NCBI GenBank assembly: GCA_031270705.1
Contig: JAISWW010000140.1
Coordinates: 722 to 64,721 of the forward strand
Length of the DNA: 64,000 nucleotides
Direction of reading: 5' to 3'
Origin: Deltaproteobacteria bacterium
GTDB taxonomy: Bacteria; Desulfobacterota; Desulfarculia; Adiutricales; Adiutricaceae
Made by a program: the position numbers and the translations under genes. The notes beneath the pieces are model-generated. The model was given only the letters and a program-made list of their open reading frames with translations. It was not told where the DNA came from and did not search any database. This document shows, piece after piece, positions 26,838 through 35,365 of the stretch (position 1 is the stretch's first letter; every line of letters starts with the position of its first letter).

Positions 26838-27125
26838 GTGGAAACACGAATCGCCATCATTGGCGTCATTGTCACGAATAAGACATCAGTCGAGGCTTTA
26901 AACAACATCCTCCACCAATATTCTGACCATATAATTGGGCGCATGGGCCTACCGTACCGCTCTAAAGGCCTCAATATCATTAGCGTGGCCGTGGACGCTC
27001 CCAACCAAACCATTAATACTATGGCTGGCAAAATTGGGCGCCTCCCAGGAGTCTCGGCCAAGGCCGTTTTCGCGACGCCCGAGCCGCCCAAAAATGGAGA
27101 CCAGACCCATGAAAATTCCGACTAA
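26838..27125 (+). CDS. putative iron-only hydrogenase system regulator (TM1266 family)
   Basis: RIAIIGVIVTNKTSVEALNNILHQYSDHIIGRMGLPYRSKGLNIISVAVDAPNQTINTMAGKIGRLPGVSAKAVF matches the small TM1266-like family found with hydE/G/F. Start proposed at GTG 26838, after GGGAGAG. The ORF is also open from ATG 26670, which would add a 56-aa hydrophobic extension. Confidence 0.75.
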   Translation: METRIAIIGVIVTNKTSVEALNNILHQYSDHIIGRMGLPYRSKGLNIISVAVDAPNQTINTMAGKIGRLPGVSAKAVFATPEPPKNGDQTHENSD

Positions 27126-28251
27126 GGCCCATTGTTGTCCGAGCGCCGCTTCGGAAGAGCTCCGCGATTTGGTCAATTATTTGGCCGAAGGCCAAGTTCC
27201 TAGCCCCGCGGAACTGACTCGCCTCATTGACGGCCAAACCCCGGCATTGGCGGAACTGGTTTTTGAAAAGGCCACGGCTATCCGCCAGCGTTACTACGGA
27301 ACCGAGGTTTTCGCTAGGGGCCTAATTGAGTTCACTAACTTTTGTCAAAATGATTGTTACTATTGCGGCCTCCGGGCTAGCAACCGCCAAGCCGACCGCT
27401 ACCGCTTAACGAACGCGGAGATTCTTGAGTGTTGCCAGATTGGCCAAGATTTGGGATTTCGGACTTTTGTCCTCCAAGGCGGCGAGGATCCCTACTATAC
27501 CTCGGCTAAGATCGCCGATATTGTTCAAGCCATTGATAGCCAGTTTCCCGAGTGCGCCATAACTTTATCATTAGGCGAGCGCCCTAAAGCGGATTACCAA
27601 CTCTGGCGCGAGGCTGGAGCTGACCGTTATCTCTTAAGGCACGAAACTTATAATCCGCGACATTACGCCCTTCTCCACCCCCCTAAAATGTCGCGGGATA
27701 ACCGGATCCGTTGCCTTTATGACTTAAAAGATCTGGGTTATCAGGTGGGTTGCGGCTTTATGGTGGGTAGCCCTGGGCAAACTACGGATCATTTGGCCGA
27801 GGATCTTCTTTTTATTCGCGAATTTGAGCCCCAGATGGTGGGCATTGGCCCCTTTATCGCCCATAAGGATACCCCTTTCGCCCAGGAAAAACCAGGCGAT
27901 TTGTCTCTAACCTTATTTTTATTGGGTCTTATCCGTCTTCTGGTGCCCAATGTATTGCTACCCGCCACCACCGCCTTGGGGACTATTTCTCCCCAAGGTC
28001 GCGAGCTCGGCGTCAAAGCTGGGGCTAACGTGGTTATGCCAAATCTTTCCCCAGTTTCGGTGCGGGCCAAATACCTTCTTTACGACAACAAAATATGCGT
28101 CGGCGAGGAAGCGGCCGCTTGTCGTTTCTGCTTGCGCGAGCGATTGGACAAAATCGGCTACCAATTAGTGGTTGACCGCGGAGATTGCGCCGGTTTTCCG
28201 GTGGCTGACGCTCGCCCCACCTTTAACCCCGAGGTCTCTTTGTCCTTTTAG
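27109..28251 (+). CDS. hydE: [FeFe]-hydrogenase maturase HydE (radical SAM)
   Basis: CQNDCYYCGLRASN CX3CX2C radical-SAM motif and BioB-like layout. Start at ATG 27109, after GGAGA, overlapping the upstream stop by 17 nt. The ORF-track start 26935 overlaps the previous gene in another frame. Confidence 0.85.
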   Translation: MKIPTKAHCCPSAASEELRDLVNYLAEGQVPSPAELTRLIDGQTPALAELVFEKATAIRQRYYGTEVFARGLIEFTNFCQNDCYYCGLRASNRQADRYRLTNAEILECCQIGQDLGFRTFVLQGGEDPYYTSAKIADIVQAIDSQFPECAITLSLGERPKADYQLWREAGADRYLLRHETYNPRHYALLHPPKMSRDNRIRCLYDLKDLGYQVGCGFMVGSPGQTTDHLAEDLLFIREFEPQMVGIGPFIAHKDTPFAQEKPGDLSLTLFLLGLIRLLVPNVLLPATTALGTISPQGRELGVKAGANVVMPNLSPVSVRAKYLLYDNKICVGEEAAACRFCLRERLDKIGYQLVVDRGDCAGFPVADARPTFNPEVSLSF

Positions 28252-28260
28252 GAGTCAATC

Positions 28261-29673
28261 ATGTTTGATCCACAATCAAGTCAAGCCAGGGAATTCATCG
28301 ATCATGAGGAAATCTTAGATACTTTGGCCTTCGCGGCCAAAAACGCCGAAAACGCTAGCCTCATCCAAGACATCTTGGCTAAGGCCAGGGATCGCAAAGG
28401 CCTCAGTCATCGGGAAGCCCTGGTCTTATTGGATTGCCGCCTGGAAGAATATAACCAAGAGCTTTATGGCTTGGCCAGGCAAATCAAAAAGGATTTCTAT
28501 GGCCAACGCGTGGTCATGTTCGCGCCTTTGTACTTATCCAACTATTGCGTGAACGGCTGTCTCTATTGCCCTTACCACATGAAAAACAAGCACATCGCTC
28601 GCAAAAAGCTGACCATGGACGAGATCGTTAAAGAAACGATGGCTTTGCAGGACATTGGCCACAAGCGCCTGGCTTTGGAGGCTGGCGAGCACCCGGTCAT
28701 GAATCCTTTGGAGTACATTTTGGAGGCCATTCAAGCCATCTACTCCATAAAACACAAAAACGGGGCCATTCGCCGGGTCAACGTCAATATCGCCGCGACC
28801 GACGTAGCCAGTTATCGCCGGCTCCGCGACGTGGGCATTGGCACCTATATCCTCTTTCAGGAAACCTACCATCGCCAAAGCTACCAAAAGCTCCATCCTA
28901 CTGGCCCCAAAAGCGATTACGATTGGCATACGACGGCCATGGATCGAGCCATGGAAGGCGGAATTGACGACGTGGGCTTAGGGGTGCTCTTCGGCTTGGA
29001 AGGCCATCGCTATGAGCTAGCCGCTCTTTTGGCTCACGGCGAGCACCTTGAGGCCGTCCATGGGGTTGGCCCGCACACTATTAGCGTGCCGCGCCTGCGA
29101 GAAGCCGATGACATTAACCCAGACGAGTTTGAGCATGGGCTAGCCGATGATATCTTCGCCAAAATCGTGGCCATTATCCGCGTGGCCGTTCCTTATACTG
29201 GCCTAATTGTCTCTACCAGGGAAAACGCCGCGACCAGAGCCCGGGTCTTGGATCTAGGGGTCTCGCAAATAAGTGGCGGTAGCCGCACGAGCGTGGGTGG
29301 CTATTATGAGCCAGAAGTGGAAAACACGACCCAATTTGAGGTCAATGACACCCGTAGCCTAGATGAGGTCATCCATTGGCTAATGGAATTGGGCCACATA
29401 CCTAGTTTCTGCACCGCCTGCTATCGAGAAGGCCGGACTGGCGATCGATTTATGGCTCTGTGCAAATCCGGGAAGATTCAAAACTGCTGCCACCCTAACG
29501 CCTTAATGACCTTAAAGGAATATCTGATGGACTACGCCTCGCCAGAGACCGTGGCCCTAGGCGACAGTCTGATCGCTAGCCAGATTAACGAAGTGCCCAA
29601 CCTAAAGACGCGCAATCTAGTGATCCAACATCTAGCGGCTATTAGCGAAGGGCAACGGGATTTTAGGCTGTAA
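28261..29673 (+). CDS. hydG: [FeFe]-hydrogenase maturase HydG (radical SAM tyrosine lyase)
   Basis: 470 aa. N-terminal CVNGCLYC cluster motif and C-terminal CTAC-x22-C (CTACYREGRTGDRFMALCKSGKIQNCC), diagnostic of HydG versus ThiH. Confidence 0.9.
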   Translation: MFDPQSSQAREFIDHEEILDTLAFAAKNAENASLIQDILAKARDRKGLSHREALVLLDCRLEEYNQELYGLARQIKKDFYGQRVVMFAPLYLSNYCVNGCLYCPYHMKNKHIARKKLTMDEIVKETMALQDIGHKRLALEAGEHPVMNPLEYILEAIQAIYSIKHKNGAIRRVNVNIAATDVASYRRLRDVGIGTYILFQETYHRQSYQKLHPTGPKSDYDWHTTAMDRAMEGGIDDVGLGVLFGLEGHRYELAALLAHGEHLEAVHGVGPHTISVPRLREADDINPDEFEHGLADDIFAKIVAIIRVAVPYTGLIVSTRENAATRARVLDLGVSQISGGSRTSVGGYYEPEVENTTQFEVNDTRSLDEVIHWLMELGHIPSFCTACYREGRTGDRFMALCKSGKIQNCCHPNALMTLKEYLMDYASPETVALGDSLIASQINEVPNLKTRNLVIQHLAAISEGQRDFRL

Positions 29674-29888
29674 AAATTTGGCCGTTTTAAGGCGAGGCTA
29701 TAACTAAGGCGCCATAGACCGCGCGGATCTAGCCATTTAGGCGGGCCGGACGGTTATGGCGAAACGGTGGGAGACGGCTGGCTTAGTCGCGAGAGACAAG
29801 GCGCGCGAAGAGATCAATAAGCGGCTTATTCGGGTTTATCGGCCTAACCAGCGATGGAGGCGGCGCTTTGGACAATCGAGACAACTGA

Positions 29889-30554
29889 TTGCGCGCCTGG
29901 GAGACCAACGCCGTCTTCTGGGACACAAAAATGGGCGACGCGTCCAATGATTTTCATCGTAATTTGGTACGCCCGCGAACGGAAGAGCTTCTTGACGTCC
30001 AGGCGGGCGAGCTCATTTTGGATATCGCTTGCGGCAACGGCAATTATTCAAAAAAGCTGGCCGAAATGGGGGCAAAAGTTGTCGCTTTTGATTACAGCTT
30101 TAAAATGATAGAATTGGCGAAAAAGCGACAAAAAACCGTTTTGGATAAAGTGGCCTTTCATGTTTGTGACGCGACTAAGTTTGAAGAGTTAATAAAATTA
30201 AAACAAGAACGCCCATTTGATAAAGCGGTCGCGAAAATGGCTATAATGGACATTTCAGACCTTGATCCGCTTTTTAAGGCCCTCCATTCGCTTTTGCGCC
30301 CAGACGGTATTTTTGTTGGCGCCACGCGTCATCCTTGTTTTACCTTTCCAAATGGCGACGACTTTACCAATTCCATGGAAAAAGGCGAAGCGATTCAAGG
30401 TCAACCCGCGCTTCAAAATTACTATCACCGGACAATCGCGGATATTTTTAATGTCGCTTTCCACTATGGATTTGTCGTGGATGGTTTTTACGAAGTTCCT
30501 TTTAAAGAGCGAGCGACTCCTATTATCATTATTGTGAGATTCCGAAAAAAATAA
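29889..30554 (+). CDS. class I SAM-dependent methyltransferase
   Basis: SAM-binding motif ILDIACGNGNYSKKLAEMGAKVVAFDYS. TTG start directly after an in-frame TGA. 221 aa. Confidence 0.75.
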   Translation: MRAWETNAVFWDTKMGDASNDFHRNLVRPRTEELLDVQAGELILDIACGNGNYSKKLAEMGAKVVAFDYSFKMIELAKKRQKTVLDKVAFHVCDATKFEELIKLKQERPFDKAVAKMAIMDISDLDPLFKALHSLLRPDGIFVGATRHPCFTFPNGDDFTNSMEKGEAIQGQPALQNYYHRTIADIFNVAFHYGFVVDGFYEVPFKERATPIIIIVRFRKK

Positions 30555-30603
30555 GCGGTAGGCCTGAAGTAAGTTTGTGGTTGAGTCAGCGCCAAAGCTA
30601 CAT

Positions 30604-30641
30604 CCGCTCTAAATTTTCTTCGAAAGTTTAGGCGGTTTTTT
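30604..30641 (+). terminator. rho-independent terminator after the methyltransferase gene
   Basis: ccgc(t)ctaaa ... tttaggcgg stem followed by tttttt (30636-30641). Confidence 0.55.
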
Positions 30642-30777
30642 GTTCGGATCCGAGTCTCCCTTTTGGCGCCATCTATAAAAAATAAAAGTTACGTGTTTAC
30701 AATCGCTTAGCTTTTGAGAGCTTAGAGCCTCTTAAAAATGTCCGTGGGCTCCTGACTCTAGGACATCTAACAAAGTT

Positions 30778-33700
30778 TTAGGCGTTCGTCTCCCCAGAGA
30801 GCCTATTATAGATCTCTTGAAAATCAAAGGCGATGACCTTGGCTTTAAGCCATTTGGTCAACTCTTCGCCTTCTTGGTAACTGTAAGATTCCAGCTCCTG
30901 GATGGCCGAATCCACTCCATCCATGTCATATTTTTGGCAAGCTTGGCGCAAACGCTCCAAAACAGTCGGATCTGGGGCTCCTCGAAGGGGTTTGCTATCG
31001 CCGCCGCTAGTGGAGGGTTGAACCTCAGTATTATACATACCCACTAGGCGCTCATGAACAGCCGAAAACTCCATGGTATTGACTTTAGATTGAATCCACT
31101 CCACCAATTCGCCATTATTTTCGTAATTATGGGCTAAAAGCTCCTCCATCAAGCTATCGACCTGATCCATATCAAAATCCCAAGCCGCCTTCGCCAAAAG
31201 CGACAAAAGCGCCCAGTCCGGCTCCTTTAGGGTGGTCAGGTGGCTTTCAGTCTCGCCCTCGCCCTCGCCCTGATCGGAGCTGAGGGCGCCTTCATTGGAG
31301 ATAACCTCGACAATCTCGTCAAAGGCCATCCGGTCAACTTTTTCTCTGAGCCAGGGCATAAACTCAGGGCTAGATTGGTAGGCGAACTTATCTAACTCTC
31401 CTATGGCCGCGTCCACCGAGTCCATATCCCAAGCTAGACAAGCTTTGCGCAATTTAGCCAAAATCAAAGGATCGGGCCCGGATCGTTTGGGCTTTTCCAC
31501 AGGGGCTTCCCCTGGTCCCAGAGCCCCATCAATATTTATAACCACCTTTTCCACTAAATCAATAAAACGCCAATTGTGGGCCAAGATAAAATCAAAATCG
31601 CCCTCTTCCGCTTTGAGCTCAAGCTCTTTGGCCATATCGCCGATCTCTATGGCTCCCACCCCGTAGCTGGAGCTTTTTATGCCGTGCGCGGTGATAGCGT
31701 AATCATGAATCTTGTCTTTGGCGGGAAACTTCAAAAGATTTAAAAGCTCAGGCATATTATCGGCGTAGGATCTTAAAACGCTTTTTAGGACTTCCTCATC
31801 CCCGCCAAACCTCGACCGAGCCACGTCCAAATCTAAGCCTTCCACGACCATTTTCTCGTCAGCGGCGGCGGAAACATTGTCCTCAGAGGGAAAAAGTTTC
31901 GCTTCTTTAATGGGATCGCGCACCCACTTGCGCAAAACCTTTTCCATCCGCTGGATCTCAATAGGTTTCGTTAGGTAATCTTGAAATCCACTTTCCAAAA
32001 ACTTTTTATCGCTCCCCATGATAGCGTTGGCGGTTAAGGCGATGATGGGCACTTTTTTGGCGTAATCGGTGCCCACATCCTCGCGAATACGCCGGGCCGC
32101 CTCAATGCCGTCCATGCCAGGCATCATGTGATCCATAAAAATGGCGTCATAAAGCCCATCGTTTTCCTTAACCAAATCTATGGACATTTGCCCGCTAGTG
32201 GCGCAATCTATGGTTATCTGGTAGGGTTTTAAGACGCCTTTAGCCACGTCAAGGTTAGCCTGCACGTCATCCACGATCAATATGCGAGCGTAAGGCATAG
32301 GCGTAATGGCTCGGTTGCTTTGCCTAATCCTGCGCGAGGCGTAATAATTTAAGTTTTCCAGATTTTCCACGGTTTGGGCGCCCAGCGGAATAGTTGTGGC
32401 CACCCTCTGGGGAATGATGACCGTAAAAGTCGAGCCCTGACCCAGATCGCTTTTCGCCTCAATCCGGCCCCCCATCATGTCGACCATCTTCTTGGTGATG
32501 GCTAGGCCCAAACCAGAGCGCTCGGTGGTCGATTTGACGTTAGGATCGTTATTTTGGTCATAGCCCGTAAAAAGACTCGGTAGAATCTCAGGTTTTATGC
32601 CCACGCCCGTATCGCTGACCGTAATGGTCACCCAAACCACATCGCCATTGACTTCGCCTGTCACGCGCATGTCCACGTGGCCCTCTTCGGTGTATTTAAA
32701 GGCGTTGGACAAGATGTTCCCGCAAATCTGCTTTATTCTTAACTCATCGCCCAGCAAGCGTCCTGGCAAGGATTTATCTATTTCCAAGCCAAACTCAATG
32801 GGCTTTTCGCCTAAGCGGATGAGGTGGACAGTCACGGAGTCGTTAATTAAACTTGAGAGATCGTACTCCACCTCGATTAGCTCAAAACGACCCGACTCGA
32901 TCTTGGATATGTCTAGGATGTCATTGACAATGCCCAAGAGCGACAAACCCGCCGTGTGAATCTTCTCCAGGCTATCGCGTTTTTCATCGTCATTATACCG
33001 GCCATAGATCATGAGTTCCGCGAAACCAATAATTGAATTTAAAGGCGTGCGCATCTCATGGCTCATGCTGGCCAAAAAGCTGGTCTTGGCGTCCGAGGCG
33101 CTCCGAGCGATTTGACTGAGCTCAGTAAGATTTTGATATTGATGATTGATAAGGCTTAGCTGGCGATCAATAAAACCCGAGGTGAGCCAGGCCACCAAAA
33201 AGCCTAGAGCCATCAAAACCAAGCTCATAAGGATCACGGCTTGATCCACGTAAGCCAAAGGGCTTTCCGAGAGAGGAGCCGAGACGCCTAAGACCCAGCC
33301 CGTTTTGGAGCCGCTTATGGGGGTATGATAACCCAGCCTTTTTTGATTCTCCAAAATGTAAACGCCAGTACCCGACTGGCCTTTGATCATATTTAAGGTA
33401 AACTCGCGCGAGGAGTTGACGTTTATGTCGTCGGTAAAATCCTCGGCGGCGTTATACTCCCCTAAAACCAAGTAGTCACGAATATTGGCCAAAACCTTGC
33501 CCCTGGCGTCCAATATAAAGACCGTCCCCGAGTCCCAGATACGGTATCTCGCCAAAATCCGGCAAAAATAAAGCCCCGGAATGGTCACGACGCCTATAAG
33601 GCCACGATCCATGGGAGCGAAGACGTAAAAAACCAATTCTCCCGAGGGTTCGGTGGTGGTCGTGGAAATGACCGTTAGGCCCTCCGCGACCAATTTGGCG

Positions 33701-34068
33701 TAAGGGGTTTCCAAAACCGAAGCCGTGGCCAAAGGCTCGCCATAGGCCGCGACCACGTGGCCATCGCTATTAAAAATAGTAATGGACAGAAAAGATTCGT
33801 GGGACTGAACTTGAGATTCTAAGACATTGACCCATTTGTTCTCTGGGGCGCCGACAACCTGGTTAACCGCTGTCCAGGCTTGAGCTTTTAAAAGGCCTAT
33901 TTCGCTAGAAATGAGCTTTTCGGCGATTTTGGAGATAACCTTTAAATCGCTTAAAATAGTTTCTTTGATGCCCCGGTGGATAAAATACAAGCTTGTCCCC
34001 ATCGTGCAACCAATGATGAAGAGCAAAACGCCGACGCTAATGAAGAAAACTTTCCACAGAAAAGTCAT
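30778..34068 (-). CDS. hybrid sensor histidine kinase: periplasmic sensor, HisKA, HATPase, REC, Hpt, then three copies of an uncharacterised C-terminal module
   Basis: 1096 aa. Two TM helices flank a ~260-aa Cache-like region. H-box SMSHEMRTPLNSIIGF, G-boxes DTGVGI and GLGLAI, REC ILIVDDVQANLDV...FMDHMMPGMDG...ALTANA, Hpt AITAHGIKSSSYGVGA. Confidence 0.9.
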   Translation of the reverse strand: MTFLWKVFFISVGVLLFIIGCTMGTSLYFIHRGIKETILSDLKVISKIAEKLISSEIGLLKAQAWTAVNQVVGAPENKWVNVLESQVQSHESFLSITIFNSDGHVVAAYGEPLATASVLETPYAKLVAEGLTVISTTTTEPSGELVFYVFAPMDRGLIGVVTIPGLYFCRILARYRIWDSGTVFILDARGKVLANIRDYLVLGEYNAAEDFTDDINVNSSREFTLNMIKGQSGTGVYILENQKRLGYHTPISGSKTGWVLGVSAPLSESPLAYVDQAVILMSLVLMALGFLVAWLTSGFIDRQLSLINHQYQNLTELSQIARSASDAKTSFLASMSHEMRTPLNSIIGFAELMIYGRYNDDEKRDSLEKIHTAGLSLLGIVNDILDISKIESGRFELIEVEYDLSSLINDSVTVHLIRLGEKPIEFGLEIDKSLPGRLLGDELRIKQICGNILSNAFKYTEEGHVDMRVTGEVNGDVVWVTITVSDTGVGIKPEILPSLFTGYDQNNDPNVKSTTERSGLGLAITKKMVDMMGGRIEAKSDLGQGSTFTVIIPQRVATTIPLGAQTVENLENLNYYASRRIRQSNRAITPMPYARILIVDDVQANLDVAKGVLKPYQITIDCATSGQMSIDLVKENDGLYDAIFMDHMMPGMDGIEAARRIREDVGTDYAKKVPIIALTANAIMGSDKKFLESGFQDYLTKPIEIQRMEKVLRKWVRDPIKEAKLFPSEDNVSAAADEKMVVEGLDLDVARSRFGGDEEVLKSVLRSYADNMPELLNLLKFPAKDKIHDYAITAHGIKSSSYGVGAIEIGDMAKELELKAEEGDFDFILAHNWRFIDLVEKVVINIDGALGPGEAPVEKPKRSGPDPLILAKLRKACLAWDMDSVDAAIGELDKFAYQSSPEFMPWLREKVDRMAFDEIVEVISNEGALSSDQGEGEGETESHLTTLKEPDWALLSLLAKAAWDFDMDQVDSLMEELLAHNYENNGELVEWIQSKVNTMEFSAVHERLVGMYNTEVQPSTSGGDSKPLRGAPDPTVLERLRQACQKYDMDGVDSAIQELESYSYQEGEELTKWLKAKVIAFDFQEIYNRLSGETNA
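30799..31479 (-). repeat. three protein-level copies of a ~60-aa helical module after the Hpt domain
   Basis: GPDPLILAKLRKACLAWDMDSVDAAIGELDKFAYQSSPEFMPWLREKVDRMAFDEIVEVI (31300-31479). EPDWALLSLLAKAAWDFDMDQVDSLMEELLAHNYENNGELVEWIQSKVNTMEFSAVHERL (about 31045-31224). APDPTVLERLRQACQKYDMDGVDSAIQELESYSYQEGEELTKWLKAKVIAFDFQEIYNRL (about 30799-30978). Confidence 0.85.
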
Positions 34069-34109
34069 AACGCGCTATCCCCAGGCCTAAGAGTGGGTTG
34101 ACCAATAAA

Positions 34110-35189
34110 CTATTCGTCGTTCAAAGCCGCGATCTCGGCGAACTGATTGGCTACTTGACGAAAAACGTCTATTAAGGCGGGATCAAAATGGGTTCCTCGG
34201 CCCTCAATGATGATCCGCTCCGCGTCGGCGGTGGTCAAAGGCGGTTTATACGGTCGTTTGGAAATTAAAGCGTCATAAACATCCGCCACGGCCATAAGAC
34301 GACCCTCCAAAGGAATCCCCTCGCCCGAAAGGCCATAAGGATAACCAGTGCCATCCCATTTTTCGTGGTGGGTGCCAGCGAAGATGCCCGCGTGTTTCAA
34401 AAAGGCGTGCTCCGCGGTTTTGGAGGAGATCTTCTCAATGGCCTGGACGCCAATAACGGTGTGTTTCTTCATGATCTCAAACTCTTCGGAGGTCAGTTTG
34501 CCGGGTTTGTTCAAAATCGTGTCGCTAATGGCTATCTTGCCCACGTCGTGGAGCTGGGCCGAGGGCAAGAGAAACAACTGGTTCCATTGGGAAACTTCGT
34601 CCCTATAGATCCCGCTCTCCAATAGCTTATTCAAAAGCACCTCCAGGTACTTCTGGGTTCGAAAAACGTGGCCGCCGGTCATGTTGTCCCGAAACTCCAC
34701 CATCTCCGCCACGGTGGAAAGAACCGCGTTTTGGAGCTCCACCACCTGATGGGTCTTGGCCTCGACCATGAGTTGGAGGTTGTCGTTATAATTAACGAGC
34801 TCCTTTTTCTGAGAGGAGATGAGCAACTGGTTTTCGATGCGTTTTAAGAGGAGCGGCGCGGAGAAAGGTTTAGCCACGTAATCGATGGCTCCCAAGGACA
34901 AGCCTTCCAATTCGCTTCTTTCGTCGTTTTTGCTGGTCAAAAAGATGACCGGAGTGTCAACCCATCTGGGATCGGCCTTTAAACGCCTAATGGCCTCATA
35001 GCCGTCCATTTCCGGCATCATGACGTCCAAAAGGATGAGAGCCGGGGTGACGTGCTCTAAGACCTCAAACAACTTGACCCCAGAAGGAATGGGAAAAACC
35101 TCGTAGAATTCCTTGAGCATATTCTTGCCAATGGCCAAATTGGCCATGTTATCATCCACGAGCATGATTTTTTGTCGACGACTGTCCAT
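34110..35189 (-). CDS. response regulator with HD-GYP domain (c-di-GMP phosphodiesterase type)
   Basis: REC domain (KIMLVDD...LDVMMPEMDG...LTSK). HD-GYP motifs HDVGKIAI and HHEKWDGTGYPYGL. Start at ATG 35189, after GAGG (ORF open to TTG 35201). Confidence 0.9.
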   Translation of the reverse strand: MDSRRQKIMLVDDNMANLAIGKNMLKEFYEVFPIPSGVKLFEVLEHVTPALILLDVMMPEMDGYEAIRRLKADPRWVDTPVIFLTSKNDERSELEGLSLGAIDYVAKPFSAPLLLKRIENQLLISSQKKELVNYNDNLQLMVEAKTHQVVELQNAVLSTVAEMVEFRDNMTGGHVFRTQKYLEVLLNKLLESGIYRDEVSQWNQLFLLPSAQLHDVGKIAISDTILNKPGKLTSEEFEIMKKHTVIGVQAIEKISSKTAEHAFLKHAGIFAGTHHEKWDGTGYPYGLSGEGIPLEGRLMAVADVYDALISKRPYKPPLTTADAERIIIEGRGTHFDPALIDVFRQVANQFAEIAALNDE

Positions 35190-35365
35190 TTTAAACCTCA
35201 ACTCCAGGGCTCAAAGTCTTAGTCGCCAAGATCCCGCCACCAATCTTAGCGAACGAACAAAGAGCCTGACCCAGCCTAATAAAGCGCCCCATCAACAAAA
35301 GGCTAAAAAAACATCAAAACCCACTTAAATCGCGAAAACTCGGCCTTAATCAAAAAAATTCGTTT

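Noticed and set aside
26935-27108. Long N-terminal extension of hydE given by the ORF track
   Set aside because: It overlaps the conserved TM1266-like coding frame. It encodes an Arg/Pro/Ser-rich non-homologous peptide. ATG 27109 has a GGAGA RBS and gives a normal HydE length.
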